From an archaeon (GTDB lineage: Archaea > Methanobacteriota_B > Thermococci > Methanofastidiosales > NM3), in contig RXIG01000008.1 of the NCBI GenBank assembly GCA_004212155.1, forward strand, positions 31,827 through 95,826: DNA of 64,000 nucleotides. The letters are read 5' to 3'. Position 1 is the first letter of the stretch. Each line of letters starts with the position of its first letter. Both the position numbers and the translations under genes were made by a program. The notes beneath the pieces were generated by a model. That model worked only from the letters and a program-made list of their open reading frames with translations, had not been told where the DNA came from and did not search any database. Shown here piece by piece: positions 38,074-47,767 of the stretch.

Positions 38074-38868
38074 CTACACGGGACGAAGCGTTCCGAAGAA
38101 GACCTGCCATGCAAGCGCCGTCTTTGCAACGAGGCTGAGCACGATATACATCTTCTCGCCGAAGTAGTAGCTCTTCCATGGGCCCTTCTCCATGTACTGG
38201 AGCGCCATGTTGGCAGCGAAGCTCATGAAGAATACAAAGATCGTAAAGAAGATGTAGTATACGAACGTCGGGACACCGCCACCGTCGCCGCCCGCGCCCG
38301 AAAGGTGCATGGCGATGACGATCCATGGCGCCGCGCCGGCGATGCAACCGAAGATGTAGAGCGACCAGTTTGTCTTTTTTGTATGCTGATTCAATAGCTC
38401 CATGCCCAGTCCGAACAGATTCATGCACGCATTCGCGATGAATATGGGAATGAGCGCCGCGATGTCGTAGACGCCTGTGAGCATCGCTATGATAACGATC
38501 ATCACCGACGAGCTGATGGCATACTCGTACCAACGCAGATAGTTGATATGGCGCTTGAGATTGCGCTTGTACCATCCGTATCCCCACGGCGACGCGAGCG
38601 TGAAGTGCGCAACGGCGGAGATGAAGAGAAACAGTGCGATCCCGGGGCCGAGACGGACCAGGGCCACCTCGTTTGCCACCGTCTCAAGTGACTGGGTCGC
38701 AGAGCTGTAGTTCAGATAGAACGTCTTGATCGGCAAGGCAAAGTCGTTACTAATGGCATAGAGCACGATCGACTGTACCAGGTGCAGCGCGCCCATGAAC
38801 GCGTTGAACTTCCTGAGCCCCGAGAACACGGATTCAGGTACATCCTCATTAGTAGAATTGCTCATCAT
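38074..38868 (-). CDS. Heliorhodopsin
   Basis: LH..Q in TM1, AHF in TM2, NYLRWYEYAISSS (Glu counterion), MNLFG, LSLVAKTALAW (retinal Lys). Confidence 0.93.
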   Translation of the reverse strand: MMSNSTNEDVPESVFSGLRKFNAFMGALHLVQSIVLYAISNDFALPIKTFYLNYSSATQSLETVANEVALVRLGPGIALFLFISAVAHFTLASPWGYGWYKRNLKRHINYLRWYEYAISSSVMIVIIAMLTGVYDIAALIPIFIANACMNLFGLGMELLNQHTKKTNWSLYIFGCIAGAAPWIVIAMHLSGAGGDGGGVPTFVYYIFFTIFVFFMSFAANMALQYMEKGPWKSYYFGEKMYIVLSLVAKTALAWQVFFGTLRPV

Positions 38869-38971
38869 AAAGAATAGGCTCTGAGACTATATTAATCTTG
38901 TCTTTGAGCTTCCAATGAGGATATAATAAAAGAAAAGGAAAAAAAAGAGAGAAAACAAGGCGCTATTTCAT

Positions 38972-41392
38972 TTACGTGAATTCCTTGAGGTTTCGCGCCA
39001 TGTTCTGGACCTTTTGTTCCACAAGGCGGTGGATGGTGCCCTCCTCGAACGTCCCGTCCTCTCGCCGTTTGCCTGCCTTCCTGTCCGTGAGCACCTCGAG
39101 CCCCTCGTCGATCGTGCCCACCGCGTAGATGTGGAACGAGCCGTCTCGCACGGCCTCGATGACCTCCTCTTTTAACATGAGGTTTTGCACATTGGATGCA
39201 GGTATCATGACGCCCTGTTCGCCGGTCAGGCCCTTGACCTTGCAAAACGAGAAGAATCCCTCGATCTTTTCGTTGACGCCGCCGATCGGTTGCACCTCGC
39301 CGTACTGGTTGACAGAGCCTGTGATGGCGATGTTTTGCTTTAATGGGACGCCCGAGAGCACCGAGAGCAACGTGTAGAGTTCCGTGCTCGATGCGCTGTC
39401 GCCGTCGATCCCGCCGTAGCTTTGCTCGAAGACGAGCCGTGCCGAGATGCCAAGCGGATTGTTCTGGGCATAGTTTTGCATGAGGTAGCCGCCGATGATG
39501 AGCACGCCCTTGGTATGCGATGAGCCGCCAAGCTCTGCCTCGCGCTCGATATCGACGACGCCGCCCTTGCCCACGCCCACGGTTGCAGTGACGCGTGAAG
39601 GGCGCCCGAACGCATAGTCGCCGACGCTCATGACCGAGAGGCCGTTTGCCTGCCCCACCTTCGTTCCCTCGGTTTCAAGGATGATCTGTCCTCGCTCGAA
39701 CATCTCGCGGATCTTCTCCTCTATGAGGTTCGAACGGTATATCTTCTCGTTGATGGCCTTCTCGATATTGTCGGCGCTGATCTTGTTGGCATTGTCCCGG
39801 ATGGAATAATAGTTCGCCTCGCGGATGATGTCGGCGATCTCCGCGAACTGCGTCGAGAGCTTGTCCTGGAGGCTTGCCAGGCGGGAGCTGTACTCGACGA
39901 GGCGGGAAAGCGCTTCTGACTCCATGTGATTGAGCCCTTCCTTGTCGCAGAACGTACAGACGAACCGGGCGTAATCGATGAGATTTTCATCTGTGCGGTC
40001 CATGCTGCTGTCGAAGTCGGCCTTGATCTTGAAGAGCTCCTTGAAGTCGGGGTCGAGGTTGTAGAGCATCTGGTAGAGGTACGGTGTGCCGATGAGCACG
40101 ACCTTGATTGACAGAGGGATGGGTTGTGGTTTGATGCCGCGGACCGAGATATAGCCGAATCGTTCCGCCGGCTCCTCAATGATGGCCTTTTGCTGCTTGA
40201 TCGCCATCTTGAGGCTTTCCCACGAGAGCGGGTTTTTCAGTATGTCCTCGATGGCAACGACGAGATAGCCGCCGTTTGCCTTGTGGAAGTCCCCGGGCTT
40301 GATGAGGGTGAAGTCGGTGGTGAGCATGCCGAACTGCGCCTCTTTCTCGATCTTTCCGAAGAGGTTCTGGTAGGTCGGATTGTACTCGACGATGACGGGT
40401 GCGCCATCGGTCTGCGAGTTGTCGACGACGACGTTGACCTCGTACTTCCTGAAGATACGTTCGCCCTGTTGCATCGCCTGTTGTATGGACGGAGGGGGTT
40501 GCTGCCCCCCCTGACCGCCGATTTGCTGTTCCGGCCCCTTCGAGGCCACGATGAATGCAAAGATGTTTTCAACGATATGGGTTTGCACCGCATTGATGTA
40601 GTCGAGGATCTCCTCATGGTCGCCAAACGTCTGCTTGATATCCTCAACGAGGTGACCAATGGTGAATAGCGCCACCTCCTTGTTGAGCTCCTTGAGCTTC
40701 TCGTTGACCTGCTTGTCGATGCCACGAAGCTTGTGCATCGCGTTGCGCAGGTCCTCGGATACATTCTCGCGCTTCTTCTGGATCTCCTTTCGCATATCCT
40801 CGTCGAGCGAGAGGAACTCCTGCTCGCTCATGGGCGTTCCGTCGTCCTTGAGCGGGATCACCATGAGCCCCGACGTCGCGCTCTGTATGGTAAAGCCTTC
40901 AGACTGCGCCTTCTTGTTGATCTCCTCGAAGAGGCGATTGCGTTCCTTGGTCGCCTCCTTGACGACCTGATCACGGCGCGAAGAGTACTCCTCTCCCTCG
41001 AACGCCTCAGGCAGGACGCGCTTTGCCTCATCGACAAATGAGACCATCTCCTCCCTGAACTTCTTTCCCATGCCGGGCGGCAGTTCGATGGCACGTGGCT
41101 CGTACTCGTTATCGAAGTTGGCGACATAGCACCAGTCCGATGGCACCTCCTTGTCGCTTGAAGCCACCTCGAGAAAGTCCTTCACTGCTGTCATTCGGCC
41201 GGTGCCGGGATATCCCGATACGTATATGTTGAACCCGCTGTCCACCATGCCTATGCCAAACTTTAGGACATGGACCGCCCTATCCTGACCAATGATCTCC
41301 TTCGAAGGCGATAGGTCTGACGTAGAATCGCACTCGAACTTGGCGGGGTCTACCCGCTTCCTTAACTGATCGGGGCCTAATTCCTGATACAT
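38972..41392 (-). CDS. Lon-like protease, LonC type (S16)
   Basis: IGQDRA, degenerate Walker A GYPGTGR, ANGGYL, DGDSAS (Ser), GGVNEKIEGF (Lys); coiled-coil insert. Confidence 0.88.
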   Translation of the reverse strand: MYQELGPDQLRKRVDPAKFECDSTSDLSPSKEIIGQDRAVHVLKFGIGMVDSGFNIYVSGYPGTGRMTAVKDFLEVASSDKEVPSDWCYVANFDNEYEPRAIELPPGMGKKFREEMVSFVDEAKRVLPEAFEGEEYSSRRDQVVKEATKERNRLFEEINKKAQSEGFTIQSATSGLMVIPLKDDGTPMSEQEFLSLDEDMRKEIQKKRENVSEDLRNAMHKLRGIDKQVNEKLKELNKEVALFTIGHLVEDIKQTFGDHEEILDYINAVQTHIVENIFAFIVASKGPEQQIGGQGGQQPPPSIQQAMQQGERIFRKYEVNVVVDNSQTDGAPVIVEYNPTYQNLFGKIEKEAQFGMLTTDFTLIKPGDFHKANGGYLVVAIEDILKNPLSWESLKMAIKQQKAIIEEPAERFGYISVRGIKPQPIPLSIKVVLIGTPYLYQMLYNLDPDFKELFKIKADFDSSMDRTDENLIDYARFVCTFCDKEGLNHMESEALSRLVEYSSRLASLQDKLSTQFAEIADIIREANYYSIRDNANKISADNIEKAINEKIYRSNLIEEKIREMFERGQIILETEGTKVGQANGLSVMSVGDYAFGRPSRVTATVGVGKGGVVDIEREAELGGSSHTKGVLIIGGYLMQNYAQNNPLGISARLVFEQSYGGIDGDSASSTELYTLLSVLSGVPLKQNIAITGSVNQYGEVQPIGGVNEKIEGFFSFCKVKGLTGEQGVMIPASNVQNLMLKEEVIEAVRDGSFHIYAVGTIDEGLEVLTDRKAGKRREDGTFEEGTIHRLVEQKVQNMARNLKEFT

Positions 41393-41579
41393 TCAAATCC
41401 TCCCAGATGTGGAAAAAATCATATTCAACTCGTTGTATAAACGTTATATGGCGGAATATTTAATTGTATTGGACACCCCTTCCCGTATGGTCGGTATGTT
41501 CGTAGAGACACGTTGAAAAAACCGAAACCGTTATATTATCTCGCTTGAAGCTGAATAAGAACTACCATCATGTGATCCA

Positions 41580-44207
41580 ATGCGCCGCCATTGTGTGCCC
41601 CTCTCAGCCGCCTCGACGTCACATATCACTTCTATCGGGGGCAAGGCTGTCAATCTCGCCAAGCTACTTCAACAGGGATTTCCCGTCCCCGAGGGATTCG
41701 TCATCCCGGCTACCACGTATGAGCGCTTGGTCGAACAGAGCGGGCTCGGCGGCCGCATACGCGATCGCATAGCGTCGACATCGTTTGACCACGGCGCATC
41801 GGTCGCGGCATGCAGCAACGATATCAAGGCAATGATACGGTCGCTTGAGCTTCCTGAGGAAGTGTCCAGTGCCATTACCGGCGCCATGAACGGCGTGCGC
41901 GGGACCAATTTGTGGGCCGTACGTTCCTCCGCGGTATCAGAAGATCTGCCAGAAGCATCGTTTGCGGGTCAGCAGGATACGTTCCTCAACGTACCCGCCG
42001 GCGACGTCATCGCGCATGTGAAGGAATGCTGGGCATCGTACTGGAACGAACGTGCGATAGCCTACCGACACGACGCGAGGATCCCCCATGGCGAGGCCGG
42101 CGTCGCGGTGGTCGTGCAGAGGATGGTCGATGCATCGAGGTCAGGCGTCATGTTCACGCGCGACCCCCTCGGCGACAGGGACACGACGGTGATCGAGGCA
42201 AGCTGGGGGCTTGGAGAGTCGATCGTCTCCGGCATCGTCACACCTGATCGGTTCATCTGCGACCGCGACAGGGGGACGGTGCGTTCACGGGTCATCAACA
42301 CGAAGAAGAAGGCGACCTATCTCTCGACACGGAAAACCACCATCGAGGACGTGCGCCACGACCTCCAGACGGCACCGTCGCTCACGCCGGCGCAGGTGCG
42401 CCAGCTCGTCGATGCGGGCCGACATATCGAGGACTGCTTCGCGATGCCCCAAGACGTCGAATGGGCCATCGAGGGCGAGGACCTCTACATCCTGCAGTCA
42501 CGGCCGATAACGACGTTCAAACAGGACGAGGAAGTCCTCTGGACACGCGCATACGGCGATGAGTACTGGGCCGATGTCACCTCCCCCCTCTTTTTCTCGC
42601 TACTTGGCCACTACCTGGCGACCTATGTGAACAGGGAGGGCTCGCAGATACTTGGCTATACGGAGCTTACCGACAAGGAGCTCCTCCACGTCCACAAGGG
42701 GCATATCTACTTCAACGCAGGGGTGCTCGAGCAGGTGTTTACCTACAATCCGCGATTCTCCCGAACGAAGGAGCTGCTCAACTACTTCCCCCTCGAGGAC
42801 CAATCCAGGATACGCAACGCCAAGACGAAGGTCGCACGGCGCCTGCTTGGCGAGCTTCGCGTCATGCTGCTCGACCCTGACGGATCGATCTTCCGCACCG
42901 ACAAGGCATACCGCAAATGGGCCCGCGAGTTCCTCGCATCGGTCAGGGAACATGACGCCATAGACCTTGCGGCATGCACCGATGAAGAGCTCGCGAAGCT
43001 CTACCAGTCGTTCGAATCATCGTTTCTCAAACACTACCGTCTCATTCGTTACGGCATGGTCACGCACAGCATCGGCACCAACCTCATGATAAAGCGCTGG
43101 CTCGAGGCGTGGCTTGGCGACACCAACGGCGTGCTCTATTCCAGCCTCATCTCAGGCCTCAAGGACAACAAGACGATCACCACAAACATCGCCATCTCAC
43201 AGCTCGCATCTACGTTTCGCTCAAACGAACGTCTCGCTCACGAGCTGGAAAGCCTGCCAGGCAAGCAGTTCCTCGAAGTGCTTCGGGCCGAACCCGCCTT
43301 CGAGCGTGAACGAGGCGCGTTTGATGCGTTCCTGGATGAGTACGGCCATCGTTCGCACACGCGGGAGATCTACTTCCCCCGGTGGGCCGACGACCCCACC
43401 CTCGTCATCGGCATCCTGCGCTCGCTCGTGTCCGCGCCGGCCGTCGACATGAGAAAGCTCGAACAAGAACGCCGCGAGCAGCGCATCGAGACGGAGCGCG
43501 AGATCCTCGAGCGGCTTGGTGCACAAAGCGGCGGATTCCTGAGAAAACGCATCTTCAAGCTCGTACTGGCATACGCGCAGACATACCTCATATTTCGTGA
43601 GAATCAGCGGTATTATCTCGATCACATCCTGTTGCGCCTGCGCAGGCTCTTCATGGAGTTTGGGAGGCGCTATGCCGATGCAGGACTCTTTGACGTCCCC
43701 GAGGACGTCTTCTTCCTCTCGAAGGAGGAGGTCTTTGGCATCCGTGACATCGACAGGGACGAACTGAAACGAACGATAGCACGACGGCGTGATGATTTCG
43801 AACGCTACCGTGACGTGTTGCCGCCAAAGTTCCTCAAAGGGCGCATAGAGTTCGATGATACGGTCAAGGAGGACGGATCGCTCGTCCACGTGACGGGGAC
43901 AGCCGCCAGTCCGGGCATCGTCACGGGCACGGTGCGCGTCGTGCGCTCGATAGAGAATCTTACCGACATCAGACAGGGAGAGATCCTCGTGACGACCAAC
44001 ACTGACCCAGGATGGACACCCGTCTTCACGAAGATCGGCGGCCTCATCACCGAGACGGGAGGCATCCTCTCACACGGCGCGGTGGTCTCGCGTGAGTATC
44101 GCTTGCCCGCCGTCACGGCGGTCAAGGGCGCAACGACGCTCTTTTCCACGGGACAGACACTGACGCTTGATGGGAACGAAGGGATCATATATGTGGTGGA
44201 GGAATGA
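41580..44207 (+). CDS. RPH/PigC/YvkC-type small-molecule dikinase (ATP-grasp, substrate domain, C-terminal phospho-His swivel)
   Basis: GGKAVNL, VRSSAVSED...SFAGQQDT, QDVEW, LQSRPIT; C-terminal TDPGWTP...GGILSHGAVVSREY; no PEP/pyruvate barrel. Confidence 0.85.
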   Translation: MRRHCVPLSAASTSHITSIGGKAVNLAKLLQQGFPVPEGFVIPATTYERLVEQSGLGGRIRDRIASTSFDHGASVAACSNDIKAMIRSLELPEEVSSAITGAMNGVRGTNLWAVRSSAVSEDLPEASFAGQQDTFLNVPAGDVIAHVKECWASYWNERAIAYRHDARIPHGEAGVAVVVQRMVDASRSGVMFTRDPLGDRDTTVIEASWGLGESIVSGIVTPDRFICDRDRGTVRSRVINTKKKATYLSTRKTTIEDVRHDLQTAPSLTPAQVRQLVDAGRHIEDCFAMPQDVEWAIEGEDLYILQSRPITTFKQDEEVLWTRAYGDEYWADVTSPLFFSLLGHYLATYVNREGSQILGYTELTDKELLHVHKGHIYFNAGVLEQVFTYNPRFSRTKELLNYFPLEDQSRIRNAKTKVARRLLGELRVMLLDPDGSIFRTDKAYRKWAREFLASVREHDAIDLAACTDEELAKLYQSFESSFLKHYRLIRYGMVTHSIGTNLMIKRWLEAWLGDTNGVLYSSLISGLKDNKTITTNIAISQLASTFRSNERLAHELESLPGKQFLEVLRAEPAFERERGAFDAFLDEYGHRSHTREIYFPRWADDPTLVIGILRSLVSAPAVDMRKLEQERREQRIETEREILERLGAQSGGFLRKRIFKLVLAYAQTYLIFRENQRYYLDHILLRLRRLFMEFGRRYADAGLFDVPEDVFFLSKEEVFGIRDIDRDELKRTIARRRDDFERYRDVLPPKFLKGRIEFDDTVKEDGSLVHVTGTAASPGIVTGTVRVVRSIENLTDIRQGEILVTTNTDPGWTPVFTKIGGLITETGGILSHGAVVSREYRLPAVTAVKGATTLFSTGQTLTLDGNEGIIYVVEE

Positions 44208-45124
44208 GCATTATGAATACGGACTTGCTGCATGAACCGGGTACGCACCGGGAATGGAACGAAAGCTTTTATTTCAACTTTTACGACACGTCAAACGACG
44301 TCTGCGGATTCATGAGGGTCGGCCTCAAGCCGAACAAGGGCGTAAAGGACATCTTCTGCTATCTCATGCTGCCCGATGGGTCGTTTATCGGGAAGAAGGA
44401 GACGGTCGAAAAGCACGACGACGCGCTCGAGGCCGAGGGGCTTGCATTCAAGATGGTCAGCCCCGAACGCTGCTGGCGCATGACGTATGAAGGCATGGTG
44501 AGGACGTTCTCGAGTACGGGTCCCGTCGAGGTGCCCCTCACGTTCTCCCTGCGATTCAAGGCGTTAAGCGACATCTTCGACTACCGGAGGTCCGTTGGCA
44601 AGAAGGGGGAGGAGATGTCAAGGGACGTCGCATCCGAACACCTTGAACAGTTCGGAAGGATCACGGGGCGCGTGACGACCGAGACCGGCGACTACGACAT
44701 CGATGCGCTAGGCGAGCGTGACCACTCATGGGGGGTGCGCGAATGGACGTCGCCGCAGCAGTGGATCTGGCTCAATGCGCACTTCTCCCCCGACTGCTCG
44801 ATCAATCTCACGAAGCTTACCGTCGACGATGGTGATGTTGACGCTGGATTCGTCTTCAAGGACGGAGCCCTTACACCTATCGTGTCGGCCAGCGAGCATA
44901 CGACCTACGACGATGAGGGCGAGCCACGTTCGTTCGAGCTCGACCTGACCGACGAGGATGGTCGACACCATGTCCTCGCTGGTGTCGTGGAGCGCAGCGT
45001 GCACCTTCCCTTCGCAAGCCAGGACGGTCGCGAGCTCTCTGTGATGTATGAGACGCTCTCGCGCTACGAGTACGAGGGAATGGCGGGATACGGAATCGCC
45101 GAGTACCTCATACGCAGGAGATAG
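44204..45124 (+). CDS. Uncharacterised beta-barrel protein (tocopherol-cyclase/AttH/lipocalin-like)
   Basis: WNESFYFNF, HLEQFG, GERDHSWGVREW, G.G..EY; ATGA overlap with dikinase. Confidence 0.7.
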   Translation: MSIMNTDLLHEPGTHREWNESFYFNFYDTSNDVCGFMRVGLKPNKGVKDIFCYLMLPDGSFIGKKETVEKHDDALEAEGLAFKMVSPERCWRMTYEGMVRTFSSTGPVEVPLTFSLRFKALSDIFDYRRSVGKKGEEMSRDVASEHLEQFGRITGRVTTETGDYDIDALGERDHSWGVREWTSPQQWIWLNAHFSPDCSINLTKLTVDDGDVDAGFVFKDGALTPIVSASEHTTYDDEGEPRSFELDLTDEDGRHHVLAGVVERSVHLPFASQDGRELSVMYETLSRYEYEGMAGYGIAEYLIRRR

Positions 45125-45126
45125 CG

Positions 45127-45420
45127 TCACCTGTCTGCAAACGCATTGCTGGCACAATAAGCGCAGCCTGCACCGCCCACGAAGATGGCGACCCTGAGTG
45201 CCTCGGCAATCTCCTCGTCGGTGGCGCCCTCGGCTCGTGCGGAGTCCGACAGCGAGCGTACTCCGCCGACTGCGCCATGCGCGGCATCGATGGCCATCGC
45301 TATCAGGAATTTGTACTTTTTTGGCAGTTCGCCCTCGGAGAACGCCAGTTCGCGGTTCTCCTCGAGCTTGGCACGCATCTCGGGGTCGAGACGTTCAAGC
45401 GGTTCTAGTGGGTCATACAT
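45127..45420 (-). CDS. Carboxymuconolactone decarboxylase/AhpD family protein
   Basis: LPKKYKFLIAMAIDAA, GATDEEIAEAL. Confidence 0.85.
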   Translation of the reverse strand: MYDPLEPLERLDPEMRAKLEENRELAFSEGELPKKYKFLIAMAIDAAHGAVGGVRSLSDSARAEGATDEEIAEALRVAIFVGGAGCAYCASNAFADR

Positions 45421-45491
45421 TGTATCACCATGTAAGGTATACATGGGACAATAAATAAAATCTCCCCGTGAGGGGAGGAAAAGAGTGTGTC

Positions 45492-45872
45492 TCAAAGATT
45501 GTAGGGGAACGTGTCCTCGACCTTGATGACGACGGCGAAGTTTGCGGGCGGAAGCTCTGGGCGCATCTCCTTGAGCATCGAGGACAACTTCTCGAACAGC
45601 GGGCCCGAATCCTGCAGGTCCACCGTGCCCTTGATCTGGCATCCCTTGTTGCCTTCCTTGTCAAGCACGTAGAGGGCTATCTTGGGATTGTACTTGAGGT
45701 TGTCGATCGTGTGAGGCGAGGCGATCTCCGCAAACGCCAGCGTATCGTCGCCCACGACGGCGATGCTCCCCTTGGGGGAGACGTTGGGTACCCCGTCCGT
45801 TGAGGCAGTAGCAGCATATATCAGATGTTCCTTGTTTATCAGGTCCTTGACCTTCTGATCCAACTTTACCAT
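45492..45872 (-). CDS. Pyridoxamine-5'-phosphate oxidase-like FMN-binding protein
   Basis: ATASTDGVPNVSPKG, TIDNLKYNP, QIKG. Confidence 0.85.
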   Translation of the reverse strand: MVKLDQKVKDLINKEHLIYAATASTDGVPNVSPKGSIAVVGDDTLAFAEIASPHTIDNLKYNPKIALYVLDKEGNKGCQIKGTVDLQDSGPLFEKLSSMLKEMRPELPPANFAVVIKVEDTFPYNL

Positions 45873-45967
45873 GTGAATCACCAGTACACACTATGATAAG
45901 TTACATTTATATATTTAAGCGTTAGAAAAATGTATTAACTACACTCTAGTATACGGAAGATGGGACC

Positions 45968-46720
45968 ATGCAGGAAGATACCACAACACTACAATCGGAG
46001 GTCCGTGCGCTGCGAAAGGAAGTGGGCCAGCTCCACGCCCTTCTCAGGCGCCACATGGAATCGACGGCACAGCAGCATGTGGAATCGCTCATTGAGACCA
46101 CGCGTTCGAACATGATTGATGCGGTCGCCCACCACTATGGCCAGCAGGTCGACGAGACGCTGGAGAGGACCATGGTGGACGGATGCGAGATGAAAGAGAC
46201 GTGCAAAAGGGCGTTTAACACGCTGCTTCAGCGCAATCTCGAACAGCTTGGCAGCACCGCCATCAACGAGGACGCGCTTTCCGATGTCAGGAAGGAGCTG
46301 CTCAAGATGCGCTCGAACGCACCGTACGAATCGTGCGCGACATGCTTTTCCGAGGCCACGGCCCTCTTCGAGCGTCAGGTCGAGCTCATGCGTTCGCTTC
46401 GCATCTACAACGATCCCGTGCGCGAACGCAGGGAGGTGCAGGAGATCGATGAGGGGCCGTTCGTCAAATCGGTCATCGAACCCGTCGCCAACAAACAGCG
46501 GCTCCAGATGCTCAAGGCGCTCGCAAATGAGACCATGACGTTCTCGGCGCTCTCCCAGCTCACCGGGCTCTCAGGCGGCAATCTGCTCTTTCACATCAAC
46601 AAGCTCGTTGCAAGCGAGCTGGTCATCCAGCGTCACGAACGTGGGGACTACATGATAACGGAAAAGGGGTATCGCACACTGGCGGGCCTCAGCGACATCG
46701 CTGTCAGGATACGCGTATGA
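45968..46720 (+). CDS. ArsR-type regulator with N-terminal Cys-containing domain
   Basis: CEMKETC and CATC; C-terminal RLQMLKAL...FSALSQLTGLSGGNLLFH...Y.IT.KG. Confidence 0.8.
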   Translation: MQEDTTTLQSEVRALRKEVGQLHALLRRHMESTAQQHVESLIETTRSNMIDAVAHHYGQQVDETLERTMVDGCEMKETCKRAFNTLLQRNLEQLGSTAINEDALSDVRKELLKMRSNAPYESCATCFSEATALFERQVELMRSLRIYNDPVRERREVQEIDEGPFVKSVIEPVANKQRLQMLKALANETMTFSALSQLTGLSGGNLLFHINKLVASELVIQRHERGDYMITEKGYRTLAGLSDIAVRIRV

Positions 46721-46891
46721 TGCTTCTACGTGCGACCGCACTCGATAACAGGCGCCTGCGGACGAACATATGCAAGTGATTACCGTTGTTGACCAGGTAT
46801 TTAAGTATGATGTTCTTATTTTGAATAAAATGTCAATAAAATATTCGAAAATTATAAATATATATCCATGATATGCGGTCCTGGTGCCAAG

Positions 46892-47125
46892 ATGTACCAA
46901 AACGACATATCACGAAAACTTCTCGAGGTCCTCAGGGACCGAGGATCGGACATACCGTATTACGTAGGGTCGGGCGAACTCTCCGCACGCCTTGACGTTC
47001 CCAGAGAGGAGCTAAAGACCTATGCACGCCAGCTTACCTCGCAGGGGTATGTCGAGATGGTGGAAGGGTTCGAACCCCTCTTCATCGTCAAGTTGACCGA
47101 AAAGGGGTTCAAGTCGCTTGAGTGA
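46892..47125 (+). CDS. Small winged-helix protein
   Basis: ELSARLDV....L......L...GYV....VKLTEKG. Confidence 0.6.
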   Translation: MYQNDISRKLLEVLRDRGSDIPYYVGSGELSARLDVPREELKTYARQLTSQGYVEMVEGFEPLFIVKLTEKGFKSLE

Positions 47126-47140
47126 TGGGTAGGCGGATCC

Positions 47141-47767
47141 CTACCCGAACGCATCGCAACATGCGCCGTCTCCAGCGTCAAACGCCTTCATGTTCGCATC
47201 TATGGTCTTTTCTGGGACCACGCCCCCAATGACGTCCTTGACGGTCTCCTTCTTCAATGGGAATCCAGGCAATCCGCATGCGGCGCCCAGGAGGACGACA
47301 TTTTCCGCCCGTGCATTTCCAGCCGCTTCGGCAAGGTGCAGCGCATCGACCTCGAGCACGTTTGGCGTCACGCTCCGTACTCGTTTTCTTACCTCATCAA
47401 GCGAGAAGTACGGCTCCGTGGCGGCATCCTCGCGCACGTGTCGCATCGTTTCGAGCGGATGGTGCATCAGGCGCGTGTTCATGATGATGTATCCATCGTC
47501 TCGCAGGAACTCGATGTAGCGAAGCGCCTCGGTCGCCTCCATGGCTATCATCACATCGGCATCGCCCGGCGGCACGAGGGGGCCGTATGTGCCCTCGCCC
47601 ATCCGCAGATGGACGCTTATCGACCCGCTGCGCTGGGAGAGGCCGTGCTGCTCCCCGGTGATGACGGGGAGGCCTTCCTGGGCGCATGCGGTGCCGATGA
47701 CGTTGGAAAGTAGCATCAGTCCCTGGCCGCCGACGCCCGAGAGCACCATGTTGTACCGTCCGTTCAT
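47141..47767 (-). CDS. iorB: Indolepyruvate:ferredoxin oxidoreductase beta subunit
   Basis: GVGGQG, HGLSQRSGS, EALRY, N.VLLGA. Confidence 0.92.
   Translation of the reverse strand: MNGRYNMVLSGVGGQGLMLLSNVIGTACAQEGLPVITGEQHGLSQRSGSISVHLRMGEGTYGPLVPPGDADVMIAMEATEALRYIEFLRDDGYIIMNTRLMHHPLETMRHVREDAATEPYFSLDEVRKRVRSVTPNVLEVDALHLAEAAGNARAENVVLLGAACGLPGFPLKKETVKDVIGGVVPEKTIDANMKAFDAGDGACCDAFG

Noticed and set aside
41580-44207. PEP synthase (ppsA) label
   Set aside because: The His domain is C-terminal and the PEP/pyruvate barrel is missing, which fits RPH/PigC-type architecture.
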